A DNA stretch of 63,093 nucleotides, counting the filler, from Choristocarpus tenellus KU-1152 (Eukaryota; Protista; Phaeophyceae), in NCBI GenBank assembly GCA_964200185.2. It is 12 parts of 12 records of this genome, joined end to end, with 100 filler letters (N's around TTAATTAATTAA, not from the genome) between each part and the next. Parts side by side here need not be neighbours in the genome. Positions count along the whole stretch, not along the records: positions 1 to 7,656 come from CAXNAD020005806.1; positions 7,757 to 11,890 come from CAXNAD020016044.1; positions 11,991 to 18,228 come from CAXNAD020008599.1; 9 more parts are not named here. One strand, given 5' to 3'. The notes under the pieces were generated by a model. It was not told where the DNA came from. It saw nothing but the letters and a program-made list of their open reading frames with translations, and searched no databases. Made by a program: the position numbers and the translations under genes. Shown in pieces: positions 1 to 12,367 of the stretch (within the stretch, counting starts at the first letter, position 1; the number at the start of each line of letters is the position of its first letter).

Positions 1-3000
1 GTATGGTGGAGCCAGAGCTCATCAAGATGATATCTTCACACTCCAAGAGTCCCAATAGGGGAAGTGCAGATGAGAGGCATGGAAAGGATGCCGATATCAA
101 CACAGCCAGTGGGAAGTTAGCAGGGGGCATGAAGGTGGAGGCCCGATATAAGGGTCGAAGTCGCTATTACCCAGGTCGAATATCAAGGGTCCACAGGGAT
201 GGTACTTGTGACATTGACTATGATGATGGAGAGAAGGAACGTATGGTGGAGCCAGAACTCATAAGAGTGCTTTCTGCCCGGTCCACAAGCACTGGTATGA
301 GTAGGATGGATGTGAGCAAAGGTCGTGGTGGTAGTGAGGAACTGGAGAAGGGTGTGAAGGTGGAAGCACGATATAAGGGTCGCAGACGCTACTACCCTGG
401 AAAGGTTGCAAATGTTCATCGTGATGGCAGGTGCGACATTGACTATGATGATGGAGAGAAGGAGCATATGGTGGAGCCAGAACTCATCAAAGTGGTTTCT
501 TCTCAGTCCAGAAGTCCCATGACAGTACGCAGGGAGGTGAGTGAAGACCAGGGTGGCAGTGAGCTGTTACAGCAGGGTATGAGGGTGGAGGCCCGATATA
601 GGGGTCGAAGCCGTTTCTACCCTGGGAAGGTTGCAAAGGTCCACAATGATGGCACATATAACATTGACTATGATGATGGGGAGAAGGAGTATAAAGTATA
701 CTCATCTCTGGTCAGGGAACTGGGTTCACATCCAAGGAGTTTCAGGAAAGGAAGCATGGACGTAAAGGGTAGGCATGTAGGCGATTCTGCAAATAAAGAT
801 GGAAAACTTGAGGAGGGCATGAAGGTGGAGGCTCAATACAAGGGTCGCAGTCGTTATTATCCAGGAAAGATATCGCGAGTTCATCTCAATGGTACTTGTG
901 ACATTGATTATGACGATGGGGAAAAGGAGCGTATGGTGGACCCAGAATTTATCAAAATGCCCCATTCTCGATCTGGGAGTCCCAGGAGGAGCAATATCGA
1001 CAAAATTGGAGAAAAGAGGCCTTATTCTGATAATAACAAGAACCACCTAGAAGAAGGCATGCAGGTTGAGGCTCGCTATAAGGGTCGCAGTCGCTACTAC
1101 CCTGGAATCATTGCAAGGGTTCACAAGGATGGCACATGTGACATTGACTATGATGATGGGGAGAAGGAGTACATGGTAGAGTCAGAACTCATCAAGGTGA
1201 CAGCTTTGCACTCAACCTCCCAAATTAGGGTTGGTATGGATACAAATAGGAAACATGGCACCTATTCTGAAAATAACAGTGGGCAAATGGAGGAAGGTAT
1301 GAAAGTGGAGGCCCGATACAAGGGTCGAAGTCGATATTACCCGGGCCAAATCTCGAGGGTTCACAAGGATGGTACCTGCGACATTGACTATGATGATGGA
1401 GAAAAGGAGCGTATGGTGGAGCCAGCTCTAATTGAGGTCCTTGATTCTCGTTCCAGAAATCAGCAGAAGTACAACAGATTTGACACAACACGAGAGCAAG
1501 GCAATAATGAAAATGTGCATGGTGCGTTGCTGCAGGAGGGCATGAAGGTGGAAGCTCGATATAAGGGACGGCGTCACTTCTACCCTGGAAAGGTTGCTAG
1601 GGTTCACCATGATGGCACCTGTGACATTGACTACGACGATGGAGAAAAGGAGCACATGGTGGAGCCAGAACTCGTCAAAGTGGTATCTTCTCGGTCCAGA
1701 AGTCCTAGGAGAGGCAAGGTGGATGTGAGTGAAGGGGAAGATGGTAGTGAGAAACTGGAGAAGGGTGTAAGGGTGGAGGCCCGGTACAATGGTCGCAGTC
1801 GCTACTACCCTGGTAAGGTGACAAAGGTCCATCGTGATGGCACGTGCGACATTGATTACGATGATGGTGAGAAAGAGCGTATGGTAGAGCAAGAGCTCAT
1901 CAAAGTGGTTTCCTCTTGTTCCAGAAGTGCCAATATTTACAGTGATGAATCTGGTGGTGAGAGCGAGCAACTCAGGCAAGGTGTGAAGATTGAGGCCCGT
2001 TACAAGGGACGCAGTCGTTACTACCCTGGAACAGTTGCAAGACTCCATCATAACGGAACTTGTGACATTGATTATGATGATGGGGAGAAGGAATACATGG
2101 TGAGGCCAGACCTCATACAAGTGCTTGCTTCTCCCTCAAATATTCCCGGAGGAACAGGCATGACGATGAGGGAAGGAAAGGGTGCTGATTCTGGTTCTGA
2201 TAACGAAAAGTTAGAAGAGGGTATGAAGGTAGAAGCTCGATACAAGGGGCGGAGTCGCTACTTCCCTGGAAGGATTTCAAGGGTTCATCAAGATGGAACC
2301 TGTGATATTGACTATGATGATGGGAAGAAGGAATACAGAGTGGAGTCAGAATTGATTGCAATACTTATTTCTCGGTTAAGTACCAAGAGGGGTAACGGGG
2401 GCATTCGGCAAGGACAGGGTGGGGAGAAATACAGAGAGGGCAAGGATCTTGAGGAAGGCATGAGAGTGGAGGCCCGTTACAAAGGTCGAAAAGCTTACCA
2501 CCCTGGACAAATCGCAAGGGTACACCATGATGGCACCTGTGACATTATCTATGATGATGGGGAGAAGGAGCGAATGGTGGAGTTGGCCCTGATCAGACAT
2601 CTTTTTCCTCATTCAAATATTCGTGATAGGACCACACGAGACACAATGTGGACTGCCAAGACTAGTCGCAGCAGGGTTGGGTCTCGGGACAGAGTCTCCA
2701 CCTGTCGCCAGAATTCGGGCAGCGATGTTGACAAAATGGATGGTGAGAAAAAGAGAAGGTGGGGGCAGAGGCAGAGGAATATTCGAGGGGATTCAGGAAG
2801 TAGCTCAAGTGATGATAGGTATCCAGGTCGAGCCCAAAACATGAGCAACCTTTCACCTACACACCATTCATCTAGATCAAGCAGCAGAAGACAGATTAGT
2901 TGGAAAAGGGGCAGGGTCAGGGGAAGAGATAGACATAGGGGATGGGGAAGGGATGAAGGTCAAAGTTCTGACAGTGAGGACAACGTGAGAGCTTTGAAAG

Positions 3001-6000
3001 GATCCAAAATGGTGATGGGGACTGGGAAAGGTGGCCGAAGACTTGGAGGTACTAGTCAACACTCAGGGGGGAAGAGGGTTAGAAAAAACTACTATAGTCA
3101 AGGGGAGAGGAAGATGAGCACAAGCACCGACGATTCAGATAGAAGGGAGCATGGTCCGCATCAGCTAAAGACAGGGTCTCTAGTGAGTGCATGCTGGCGT
3201 CGTGCAACCTCCTACTCAAGGCCGAAGCAAACAAAGGACTGGGTAAGATGGACAAAGCAGAAAGCATCCTATATGGATTCTTCTCACCCCCTGGTTTGCC
3301 TCTTCGTATCAATCTTATGTGGTGTGAGCTCCTGCATGTCGTATCTCCTTACTTTTGGAACACAGTCCCCACCTTAATATGATCACTTGTGGAATTTGTC
3401 TGGTAACGACTAAGTAATATTATAGCACTCTCTGGCTCCTATTGAATCCCTGCCACTGCCAAGACTTCCTCTGATCTTTCAAAGGTCAGAGCCAAAGTAT
3501 CTTAGAGGGTAGAGCTGCGTCCATTTGGCAGCCAAAATCCAATGTTGCGATCTTGATGTAATATTTGGCTATCATGTTTGTTAGGGAGTGTCAATATCCT
3601 TGTTACGGACCCACCTTTTCATAAAGTACACATTTTACCTACTCCAAAATATTTTGGAGTAGGAAAATATCATAAAAACCCCGAGGGAAGCCAAGCTCCA
3701 AATGGAAAACAAGGAAAAACTCGTACCCTCTAAGATGCTTTAACACGCCACATTGTGCCCTTTTAGAGACTTGCCAAGGTTAAACTCTATTAAATAGCAA
3801 AGTCTACCTCCAGAAATACCTGCTAAAGACAAAATCTGTATTCTCCTCTGACCTTACTCAATCCCACTGTATTGTTTACAGTGCCTGACTCTCCATACAC
3901 AAAATGATATACTCTGGAGCACTTGAAGGATAACAGGATACCCCCTGAATTTGCATCACAAACCATGTTCCACAAACCGAGCATCTCCAATTCCCAACCT
4001 CACCCCTACCGCCGGTCACATCCTTTTCAGGTCCATGGCAAAATCCTAGCAAGTCATGGTGATGGCACCTGCACGGTGAGGTACTCCGATGGTGAAGTAG
4101 AAGAGGATGTGCCACAAGATTGCATTAGGTAGTGTACACCACGGAGCCTGGGATATGGTAGGGTGTTGCCTGATTTTAGGGACTTGTGCAGAGAAGAAAG
4201 GCAAGGTTGCACTTGACCAAAATAAAAATCTGGCAAATTGAGTACAGGAAGCGAGATGTGCAGTTTTGCCTCAACTATTCTTCACACAACACCTCATCCG
4301 ATGATGCATTTTTCCAAAGATCCTTATAGTTGACCAAAAATCTTGATCGTTTCCCCTCTACCTTTGGTAGAGAAAGACGTAGGCATCATGCTGGAGATGA
4401 TGAGGTTTGGAAGGCAGTCGTGAGCATGTCCCAGGATATGTTGAAGAAACGGGGTGGAGATGGGGGTCAGAGTGGGATCATCCCATCCATGGCAATACTA
4501 GACAGCATGCATGGTGATGAGGTAAGATGACAAGATTGTTGGGTCAATCTCTCTTCCTGGTCGGAGTTAACTAGTACTGAGTACATTGTATATTTCTTCA
4601 GAGCATTATATTTTTGTTATTGAATTCAAGGAGTTGGTGCGGGGGGATAAGGAATTTGGGGGAATGATCAATTTCCATGTGCGAGCTTGTCTTTTAGGAA
4701 TATTATTTTTGTTGCTTTGTACAGTAGCACGACCTTGTGGTAGACGGAATCACAACCCTCATCCTATTCACAAAGAATGATATGCTTTGGCGGTGTCTGT
4801 GATGGTACAGGGGGCATAAGTTGACCGGGCAGTACTCTGGTGTTGATGTTTTTTGTTCACCTATCACTTCTTGGTCTAATTCTGTGTAGTTTCTTACATT
4901 TATTTAGCCCTCCCATTCTACTACAACAGAACCACATTTAGGATGTTCATATCTGTTCGTGATTCAAGAACCATTTTGTTGAATCTGGTTGCAGCTGATG
5001 CCTGTCCTTTTCGTCAAAGTGGCCCACGGGAAAACCACAGACCTCTATGGCAAATGCTTATCAAATCACGCCAGCAAGTGGCTTAGTAAGAAGATCGGGC
5101 GTGGTTGTTATATATACAGCTAGAGAGACCATTTCCCAGCTACTCCCACACCAAATTGAGCTGTATAAGATGGTATAAGATTTTCGACACCTTAGAGTCA
5201 CAGCTCTCCTTAGAAGCAAGTGTACCACCTGCAACAACATGCGTCTCTATTTTCTATGCCCCTGGTCAATGGTATATGATATGTGAGATGCACACCTCTC
5301 CCCTCCATCCACCCCCTAAAACACATCTATGTGCAGAACGCCATAGTCCAGAAACTGCTTGGTAGGGCAGAAGCTTCTCGCTTCCAACAAGCTTTTGACG
5401 ATGCAGGTGGTCTTACAAGAAAGGGCTTCCTGGCAAAAGATATTGTAAGGGCTTTTCGCACGTTGGGCAGGAATACATCAGAGGCACAGGTGAATAGGAT
5501 ATTTTGCCAGGGTGGGGGTTGGGAGTGGGAGGAAGAAGACAGTGTCCTTGATAAGTGGACTGTACACTTTTTTTGTCCTATGTAAGCTTCTGGTTCAGCC
5601 CAGAGTTGGAAATAGTTCAGTGTGTCAGAGTCTCTTCTATTCTGGAGGTTGTCTTGAGACTGAAAGGCAGTCATGGCTAGGGTTGACCCAGAGTTTGATT
5701 CGTGGATTCATGCTCAGGCTATCAGCAAAGATGTCAATTTTGGATCAAGGTTGAAGTCCATTCCAATGGTAAGTGCAACGAAGGATTCAAACTATGGACT
5801 TGATTGCCATAGGCATACTGGTAGCAGTTGTGTTGGTGGATAACATGGCTAGAGTTACAAATACAGCACGCATCATGCATTGGTTGATTTTACACTCCTT
5901 CAACAATTGCCTACACTGTTTTGCATGTATGAGTTTGAACAGGCTAACAACCAGAAATTTACTTCCTACAGGTGGTAGCCTCACTACAGGCCACAGGAGT

Positions 6001-7154
6001 GGAGAGGGACATGGGAGGGAGTGCCCATCGTAGATACTCTTTGGACTTCCCTAACTTTGTGAAGACCTTTGCGCATGCGTTTTATGGTGTTGCCAAGTCA
6101 AAGACCTTCAGAGATAGCACCACTGGAGACAGTAGCAGTGAAGACAGCACCAGCAACTCTCACAGGCATCAGGATGGTCCAATTCGACCTCACCGTGTTG
6201 GCTTTGGCAAAAGCCACAGTGGCAGGGGGTCAAGAAAGCTGGGGAAAGAGAGTGGTAGGCTAGGGATGGAAGATGATCTAAGACACTGGGAGAGGCGAGT
6301 GGGGAAGAAAGAACTGCTTCAACTCAAGTCAGCATTTGAAAAAAGAGTGTCTGAGTCTGACCAAGAAAGGGACCACTCGGAGGGGGAGGAGGGTGGGTAT
6401 ATCAAAGTGCGTGACCTGCGCTCAGTATTCCTTGAATTGGGAAGGCGTGTAAGTTCCAGTGAGATGGCAGCATGGTGTGAGGAGGTGGATCTACGGCCAG
6501 ATGACACCCTGGGACTCTCTGACTTTTTGTATGCTTTCCATACACTCTTTGTGGATTCTGATGGGCTTGGCACAACAGGTACAAAAGAAGTACATATTGT
6601 CAGACTTTATGGGAAGGGTGGTTGGGGATGAAGGTTAGTTCGAGGGAAGAAAGTAATAAGTTGTAATAGAATGGATAACATTATGTGATGGAAAAGGAAA
6701 TGAAAGCCCTGGGAGTATAAACCATTGACATTGTATTGTCAATCAAAATTAGTGTTGGAAAGAAACCCTTGCCTCTGACTGTTCCCATCCTCAATCTTAG
6801 CCTTATCTTGCACCCTGCAACTACTATGAATCCCATCAGAGTTTCAATTGAGGCACTACACCCGTTCCCATCCTTGTAGACTTTCCTCTGCTCCCCTCCC
6901 ACCCCAAACGATTCCTACCTGAGCAGGTCATGTAGCAAATGGAACCATCTCTGGGAGTGGTAGTAATGGCGGCAGACGCCCTTCCCCCTTTGCACGATCA
7001 TCCTCTGTGACGGGGAGGTCAACAGCAAATGGTGTTGGAGAAAGAGGAAGAGGGTTGATATTGTCCACAGCTGGAGCAGGGAGGAGACTAGATGGGGGCT
7101 TGATGTCAGTCGCAGAGGTTGCAGCTGCAGTGTTTCAAGCAGATCGCTGGGAAG
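1..7154 (+). CDS. Partial multi-exon gene: tandem Tudor-repeat (LBR/53BP1/Agenet-type) protein with RS/SP linkers and C-terminal EF-hand-like lobes; 5' and 3' ends outside the contig
   Basis: Exons <1-3242 (donor TGG|GTAAGA), 4031-4128, 4371-4521, 5337-5489, 5972-6578 and 6927-7154; all are GT-AG and phase-compatible. Exon 1 has 11 complete plus 1 partial repeat of GMKVEARYKGRSRYYPGxIxRVHxDGTCDIDYDDGEKExMVEPELI. A 13th Tudor is split by intron 1 (SACW..KDW|VHGKILASHGDGTCTVRYSDGEVEEDV). Exons 4-5 give calmodulin/centrin-like lobes (FQQAFD..IVRAFRTLGR..LDFPNF; LKSAFE..IKVRDLRSVFLELGR..VDLRPDDTLGLSDFL). Confidence 0.85.
3489..3746. mobile_element. MITE family A (TIR GAGYCAAAGTATCTTAGAGGGTA), full-length copy in intron 1 of the Tudor gene
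   Basis: Begins gagccaaagtatcttagagggta and ends taccctctaagatgctttaacac. The internal sequence matches the copy at 31310-31567. Confidence 0.8.
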
Positions 7155-7583
7155 GTGACATGTCAAAACCTACAACTTTGTAACCAGTGCTAACTCCATA
7201 CATTACCTTTGAGCCCCCATCTGACCCATGCAGTATGAAGGTGATGGTAAGAATCTGCAAGCAAGTGGTACATATTGGCAAACACTACCTGGGGGCCTCC
7301 AATACAGTCATCTGAAGACCTGAACACGTTTGTCTGAACTGGTTAGGGACAATATTCAGTAGATATTGGATTGTATCATCATGTACTCCACAAGGCAGAT
7401 GTAAAGGGGGCAGAATATATATTTGTTCAACAATCTGTTCCCCATACTATCTACCCCTTGGTAACAATACCAGAAGACATATTCACATACTGTGAAAATC
7501 CCTCTACACATTCCTGGTGACTCTAATCACAGTGATGGTACCTCAATAGAACTTCGCCGTTCCAACACCACCTCAACAACAGT

Positions 7584-7656
7584 GAGCCAAAGTATCTTAG
7601 AGGGTAGAACGTTCGGGTCGGGGGGATAATCTCGTTGATAGCGACAATGATCTCGG
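7584..7656. mobile_element. MITE family A-type terminus, truncated by the contig end
   Basis: gagccaaagtatcttagagggtaga runs into the N spacer. Confidence 0.7.
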
Positions 7657-7756
7657 NNNNNNNNNNNNNNNNNNNNNNNNNNNNNNNNNNNNNNNNNNNN
7701 TTAATTAATTAANNNNNNNNNNNNNNNNNNNNNNNNNNNNNNNNNNNNNNNNNNNN
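7657..7756. other. Artificial contig spacer N44-TTAATTAATTAA-N44; also at 11891-11990, 18229-18328, 21982-22081, 29143-29242, 33931-34030, 42824-42923, 47512-47611, 51095-51194, 56625-56724 and 59569-59668
   Basis: Eleven identical 100-bp linkers carrying a stop in all six frames. Confidence 0.98.
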
Positions 7757-8649
7757 GTTTCGCTGGGAATCAGCGATTCGAAGATGTTTCTGCCCAAGGT
7801 CAGACTTTGCGAGAACTCTTGCAGCAGTCATGACGGCTCAACCAGTTTATGCATCGCGTCCACGCATCAACAATTTTACCCCTTTCCACATCGAGCTCAT
7901 CGAAGACTCTTGCCAGACTTTCTTAGGACACAAAGCGGTCCTTTCAGGTGCTTCGTCTGCAATGACGTCCCAGGCATCAAAGGAAAGCTCTTACAGGTCC
8001 GTTGAGACGACGTTACGGCAACAGATGGGTCATATTTCGGTGGGAGACAACACCCTTTTTTAGGTAGCCAACCGAGGATGGTGGTCAAGGTTGCCTTGTG
8101 TTATTCATTTTTTTTTAAGAGAAAGGTGTGATGCGGAAGGCTTTGGCCATAGCCTAGCTTTCTACTATCGAGCGTATACGGTAGACTATATATGCAAGGC
8201 TCGTTTGGGGGGGATATATAGGTGACGACCAACTTGTTGATTTGTACAAACAAGCTTAACCCCTGCCCATACCAATTAATCTCTCTTCTCTAATATATTA
8301 TGTATTGTATTTTTTCTCTACAGACTAGGATTTTCGCAGAGTAATCCTTTGGGGAACGAGATAGTAAACCGTTGAATTAAAAAACATAATGGATTATTGA
8401 TTTCATATAAGAGTTATCCAATCGAAATGACCGATTTATCCCAGCCAATCAAAAATGTTGCAAAACCTACATTGTACAAGATGGAGACTTAGATCGTTTT
8501 GGCTAGGCGGTAGAGACGCTTGTTTGCTAGCATATAGCACCCTTGCGCTGCCTCAGTCGAAAGCCTGATCGTCAGGCAGAAAAAAGGACTATATCGCTAC
8601 AACAGGACTTCCATGCACGAATAGGTATCAAGTCAATCTTCACTTTTAT

Positions 8650-9750
8650 ACAGAGAAGTTGTCAACCGTGTACTGGCAGCCCTTGTACCGATGATTCAAC
8701 CTGTTCTGACCCAGAAGCCTTCGCCCGCTGTCTGTGAAGCCTTAAATACCGAACCTCCTTCCGTTCCCAGCAAGCACAGTACCTCGTTCGTTCCCCCCCA
8801 AAAAGAAAGGCACCAAAACCTGTTCGATCAGTCACATCCGTTCCCCAGCATGTGCTTTGATCCCTACCTGCATTAGTCACAGACAGGGCGAACGATAGAA
8901 GTCGGCACGATTTGGGCAAAGTCATACCTCCACAAGATGAATTCGACATATGGCTAAAGGCACACCAAGTTTGCTTTCATCATGCCTGTAGTCAAGACTG
9001 CTTCACGTCTATTCGACGAGTGCAGATATACGAAATGCCACTCGTTAGTTCCCAGAGGAATCCACTCATACCTTTCGGGAACCCACCGAGGACCTCCTGG
9101 TACACAATCTACTGTAGTGTCTCGTACGATGGTAGCCTTAATAGAAATGAATCTCAGATACCTAGCAGCGATGCAGCACTCGAAACTTTCTTCACTATCC
9201 ACAAGAAGCCCAACCGTTTCGGTTGTTGCAGAGTCGACTTGAAGTTACACCATGGAGTCTGAATTTCCAGTCATGTCATTCCAACTATAGACATCTAGAC
9301 TTTCGTTTCCACTTCGATAATATTTACCATGACACCGGCCTTGGTACTACCCAAGTATCGACATATGCCCTGATATGTCACTCACACACAGTCCACTGGA
9401 GAATGCCTGCCCAGGTACTCCTTGACACAGGTGTTGGTATCATCTAGTTTTGTGAAAATTGCTTACCACAGCTCAACATGACAGGCAAATGTACCTTAAA
9501 TGCAGCAAACTCCAGAGGGTGCAATATTCTACCATTGCTAGTACTGAGATCATGCAAACTTCAAATAGTGTTTACCCCAGAGGAAAAAGTGTGCAATATG
9601 GCTTTTCGGATAGTGGTGGGACTGCCGTACAAAATTATTTTTAGGAGCAACATTTTGTAGACAAAACTAGAGGGAATTGTTAATTACAGAAGATCGATGC
9701 TCCCAACAATCACCACTGCCACCATGGGTAGCTTTTGTCAACATTCCAAC
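8650..9750 (+). pseudogene. Decayed LTR-retrotransposon gag/aspartic-protease region (Gypsy-like)
   Basis: Frameshifted ORFs lead to MPAQVLLDTG (about 9402-9431, retropepsin DTG motif) and then FRIVVGLPYKIIF/LGA (about 9600-9650), a typical protease C-terminal motif. Confidence 0.55.
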
Positions 9751-10379
9751 ACCTAGATCGAGCAGTAACAATGTACCCTTGTCAGACCTTAGCAAATGAC
9801 ATTGTGGTACAAAGGAATGTCCTAAGATGGGTAGTTGTTAGATTAGGTAACTAACAGAAGAAATTAACAGCTTTAACTTACTAGAGTTAGATGTTTATCA
9901 TGCCTTCTAGGACCTTCACAACTCTAACACAGGACCATGTCCAACTAATGTTCCCACCCAAGAACAACTCTTGCCTCGATAGGATGTGTTACGTCTCTTC
10001 CCTCTAGGTACTAGTGTCAAACATTTTGGAAGGATGAAAGCTGAAGAGACCGGTAGGGCAAGGTTCAGTTTTTGAGTACAAGTCACCCCACTGGAGGGTA
10101 TGGTTAAAGAATGGAGGTAAGGAGGAATTCAGCAGGAGAGAGATGAATGCCTCCTCCAGAAAACCTCTCAGCAGGTAACAACTGTATGCCTAAGGACGAG
10201 GAGGGGTTCAGCCGGTACATGTTAGAACAAGAGATTAAAGCAATGATAATCATAGGCACTGAAAGGAACATGAGACAGCAAAAGTTGGAATGAAGAAGCT
10301 TCCCACATTGTACCACACATTAATATACATTGGTTCTATAGGATGAAGTCCTCAAAAAAAGACAATCACTGAACTCACT

Positions 10380-11890
10380 ACTTTTAATTTTTTACTTTTG
10401 TATTTTTCCCTTTTCTATTCTGTAAGAAATCTCTCTGATCTTGAATCCTCTTGTTTTTCTAATGCTTAGTTATTTTTAGTCTCATCCCATCATCCCATGA
10501 TTTTTAATTTCATTTTCTTTTCATAGTTGTACTCTTCTTATTTACTGAGAGTTTTTCTTTTTTTCCTTTTCCTTTTTATGCTTTTATTTTATTTTATTTA
10601 CTATTCAGTTTCCACTTTGTTACCCTCATCATCTTCACTATTTTCATCTACTTTGTTTCTCTCTATTTACTATTATTATAGTACTAATTGCTGCTCTCAT
10701 CGACCCCTCCTTATTTATTTATCTTAATTTTTTTCATTGCCTGTTTGCACACTAGCAGCCTTGAGTATGCTTTGTGAATGGGGTGCATAGGACAGGCAAT
10801 AATCAGATGCTGTGTAGGTCATGAATGATATAAGTCTAATCCTTGATAGCACATGCATTTATATAACCAGGAAGATTGGAAAGGAAGACGCACAAATTGT
10901 ATGCCCAATCAGAGCTATTTATTTTGTAACATTTGAAGGTCTAGTTCAAAAGAAATACATGTATACTCAGACTAGGCCAGGGGCAATCTGACTCTAATGG
11001 TCTTCTGTATCCCTTTGGAAAGTTTTCCCAGGTTAAACAGGGACATTTGCTGACCTGTTTTGAAGCTAGTTGGAGTTATATATATATAACTTTAATGAAA
11101 GTACATACTCTTATCTAGTCAGACATATATTGATCTTGACTGTGCCTTACGACTTTTGAGGATCCGTTCTCAAAGGAAACGAGGGGATTGTTGATCATTG
11201 TTGGAATTCATGGGTTAATTTGGAACTGGAGTCTCTATGTCGGAGAAAACTGGCAGAGTCTGAACTAAAGCCCGTATGTTACCAAATGGCAATTTTGCAT
11301 GCCACCACAGCATGATCTAAGTTGATAGATATTTACTATCCAGATAATGATTATTGCCTGTAGAAAGCATGGAACAGGTAGTCCCTGCATGGAACATAGG
11401 ATAGCAGAAGTCAGAAATATGAAGTAACCCATATCCGACCAGACAGTAACTTTCATAGGATGCTTTTTTTATTCTCTTTTTTTTTCTTTTTTTTTTCATT
11501 TTTCTTTGCTATTTTGATTTTATTTCATTTTTTCTCTATCTCCCTTTTCATCAGACCAGGTACCCCCTTGCACCCTTACTATGCTCTACCTTCAATTTTT
11601 CTTTCCCCCTTGTATCCTCTATTTTATTTTATTTATTATTTATTTTTGGTGCTGATGTTGATGTTATTGCCTGTTTTATGCACTACTAGCAGTCGTCAGA
11701 ATGCCTCGTGCTGGGGGGTATGTGACAGGCAATAATCAGAGGATACTTGGCACTCTAGGAAAGCTGTTTTTTAGAGAGAATGAATATATCCTCAGATTAG
11801 GCTAGATGTAGACAGATTTTCCCAAGTAAGTCAAGGATAGATGTTGTGGACCTAGTAGGAGTACGGTATCCTCTTTCTCTCCCTACTTTT
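10380..11890. mobile_element. Cluster of decayed LINE-like 3' ends in both orientations
   Basis: The motif ATTATTGCCTGT ((H)LIIAC(P), CCHC-type C-terminus) occurs on the minus strand near 10795 and 11726 and on the plus strand near 11350. Segments 10750-11060 and 11680-11860 are diverged copies of each other, and each abuts a T-rich tract that reads as an A-rich tail on the minus strand. Confidence 0.45.
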
Positions 11891-11990
11891 NNNNNNNNNN
11901 NNNNNNNNNNNNNNNNNNNNNNNNNNNNNNNNNNTTAATTAATTAANNNNNNNNNNNNNNNNNNNNNNNNNNNNNNNNNNNNNNNNNNNN

Positions 11991-12178
11991 CCAGCTCACC
12001 ACGATTAATCAGGTGCTTCGACGATTGATTTCCCAGCTCACCACAATTAATCAGTCGCTTCGACGATTGATTTCCCAGCTTACCACGATTAATCAGTCGC
12101 TTCGACGATTGATTTCCCAGCTCACCACGATTAATCAGTTGCTTCAACGATTGATTCCCAGCTAACCCTAACCCTAAT
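11991..12178. repeat. 42-bp tandem repeat (at least 4 units) ending in telomere-like CTAACCCTAACCCTAA
   Basis: Unit ccagctcaccacgattaatcagtcgcttcgacgattgatttc at 11991, 12033, 12075 and 12117. The array is cut by the contig start. Confidence 0.9.
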
Positions 12179-12367
12179 TACTACAAGAACGATATTGTAC
12201 CACATCAATTCTGTGCCGCTTTTATCGGGCATGCCCATGGGTGCACAAAATCGGGGTAGGGACTGTATCCCACTTGTAATGTCCCACTAATCTACCATAA
12301 CACACCGCTGTCTACGTTACTTAACACGATCTTGTACTTCCTTCACACCCTAGCTGGTTTATCTGGT

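Noticed and set aside
183-2848. Long antisense ORFs over the Tudor exon
   Set aside because: Shadows of the repetitive sense frame.
3243-3377. Hydrophobic C-terminal tail of the 1124-aa ORF (would mimic an LBR-like membrane anchor)
   Set aside because: It lies after a strong GTAAGA donor, and splicing to 4031 completes a Tudor domain, so it is intron read-through.
7657-7756. Recurrent TTAATTAATTAA palindrome flanked by Ns
   Set aside because: Artificial contig linker, not biology; gene neighbourhoods across it are invalid.
7757-8063. Open frame ending near a GT at 8040
   Set aside because: No recognisable motif; cannot distinguish a host exon from retroelement debris.
11991-12160. CRISPR-like appearance of the 42-bp palindromic repeats
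   Set aside because: Units are contiguous with no unique spacers, no cas genes are present, and the context is eukaryotic.
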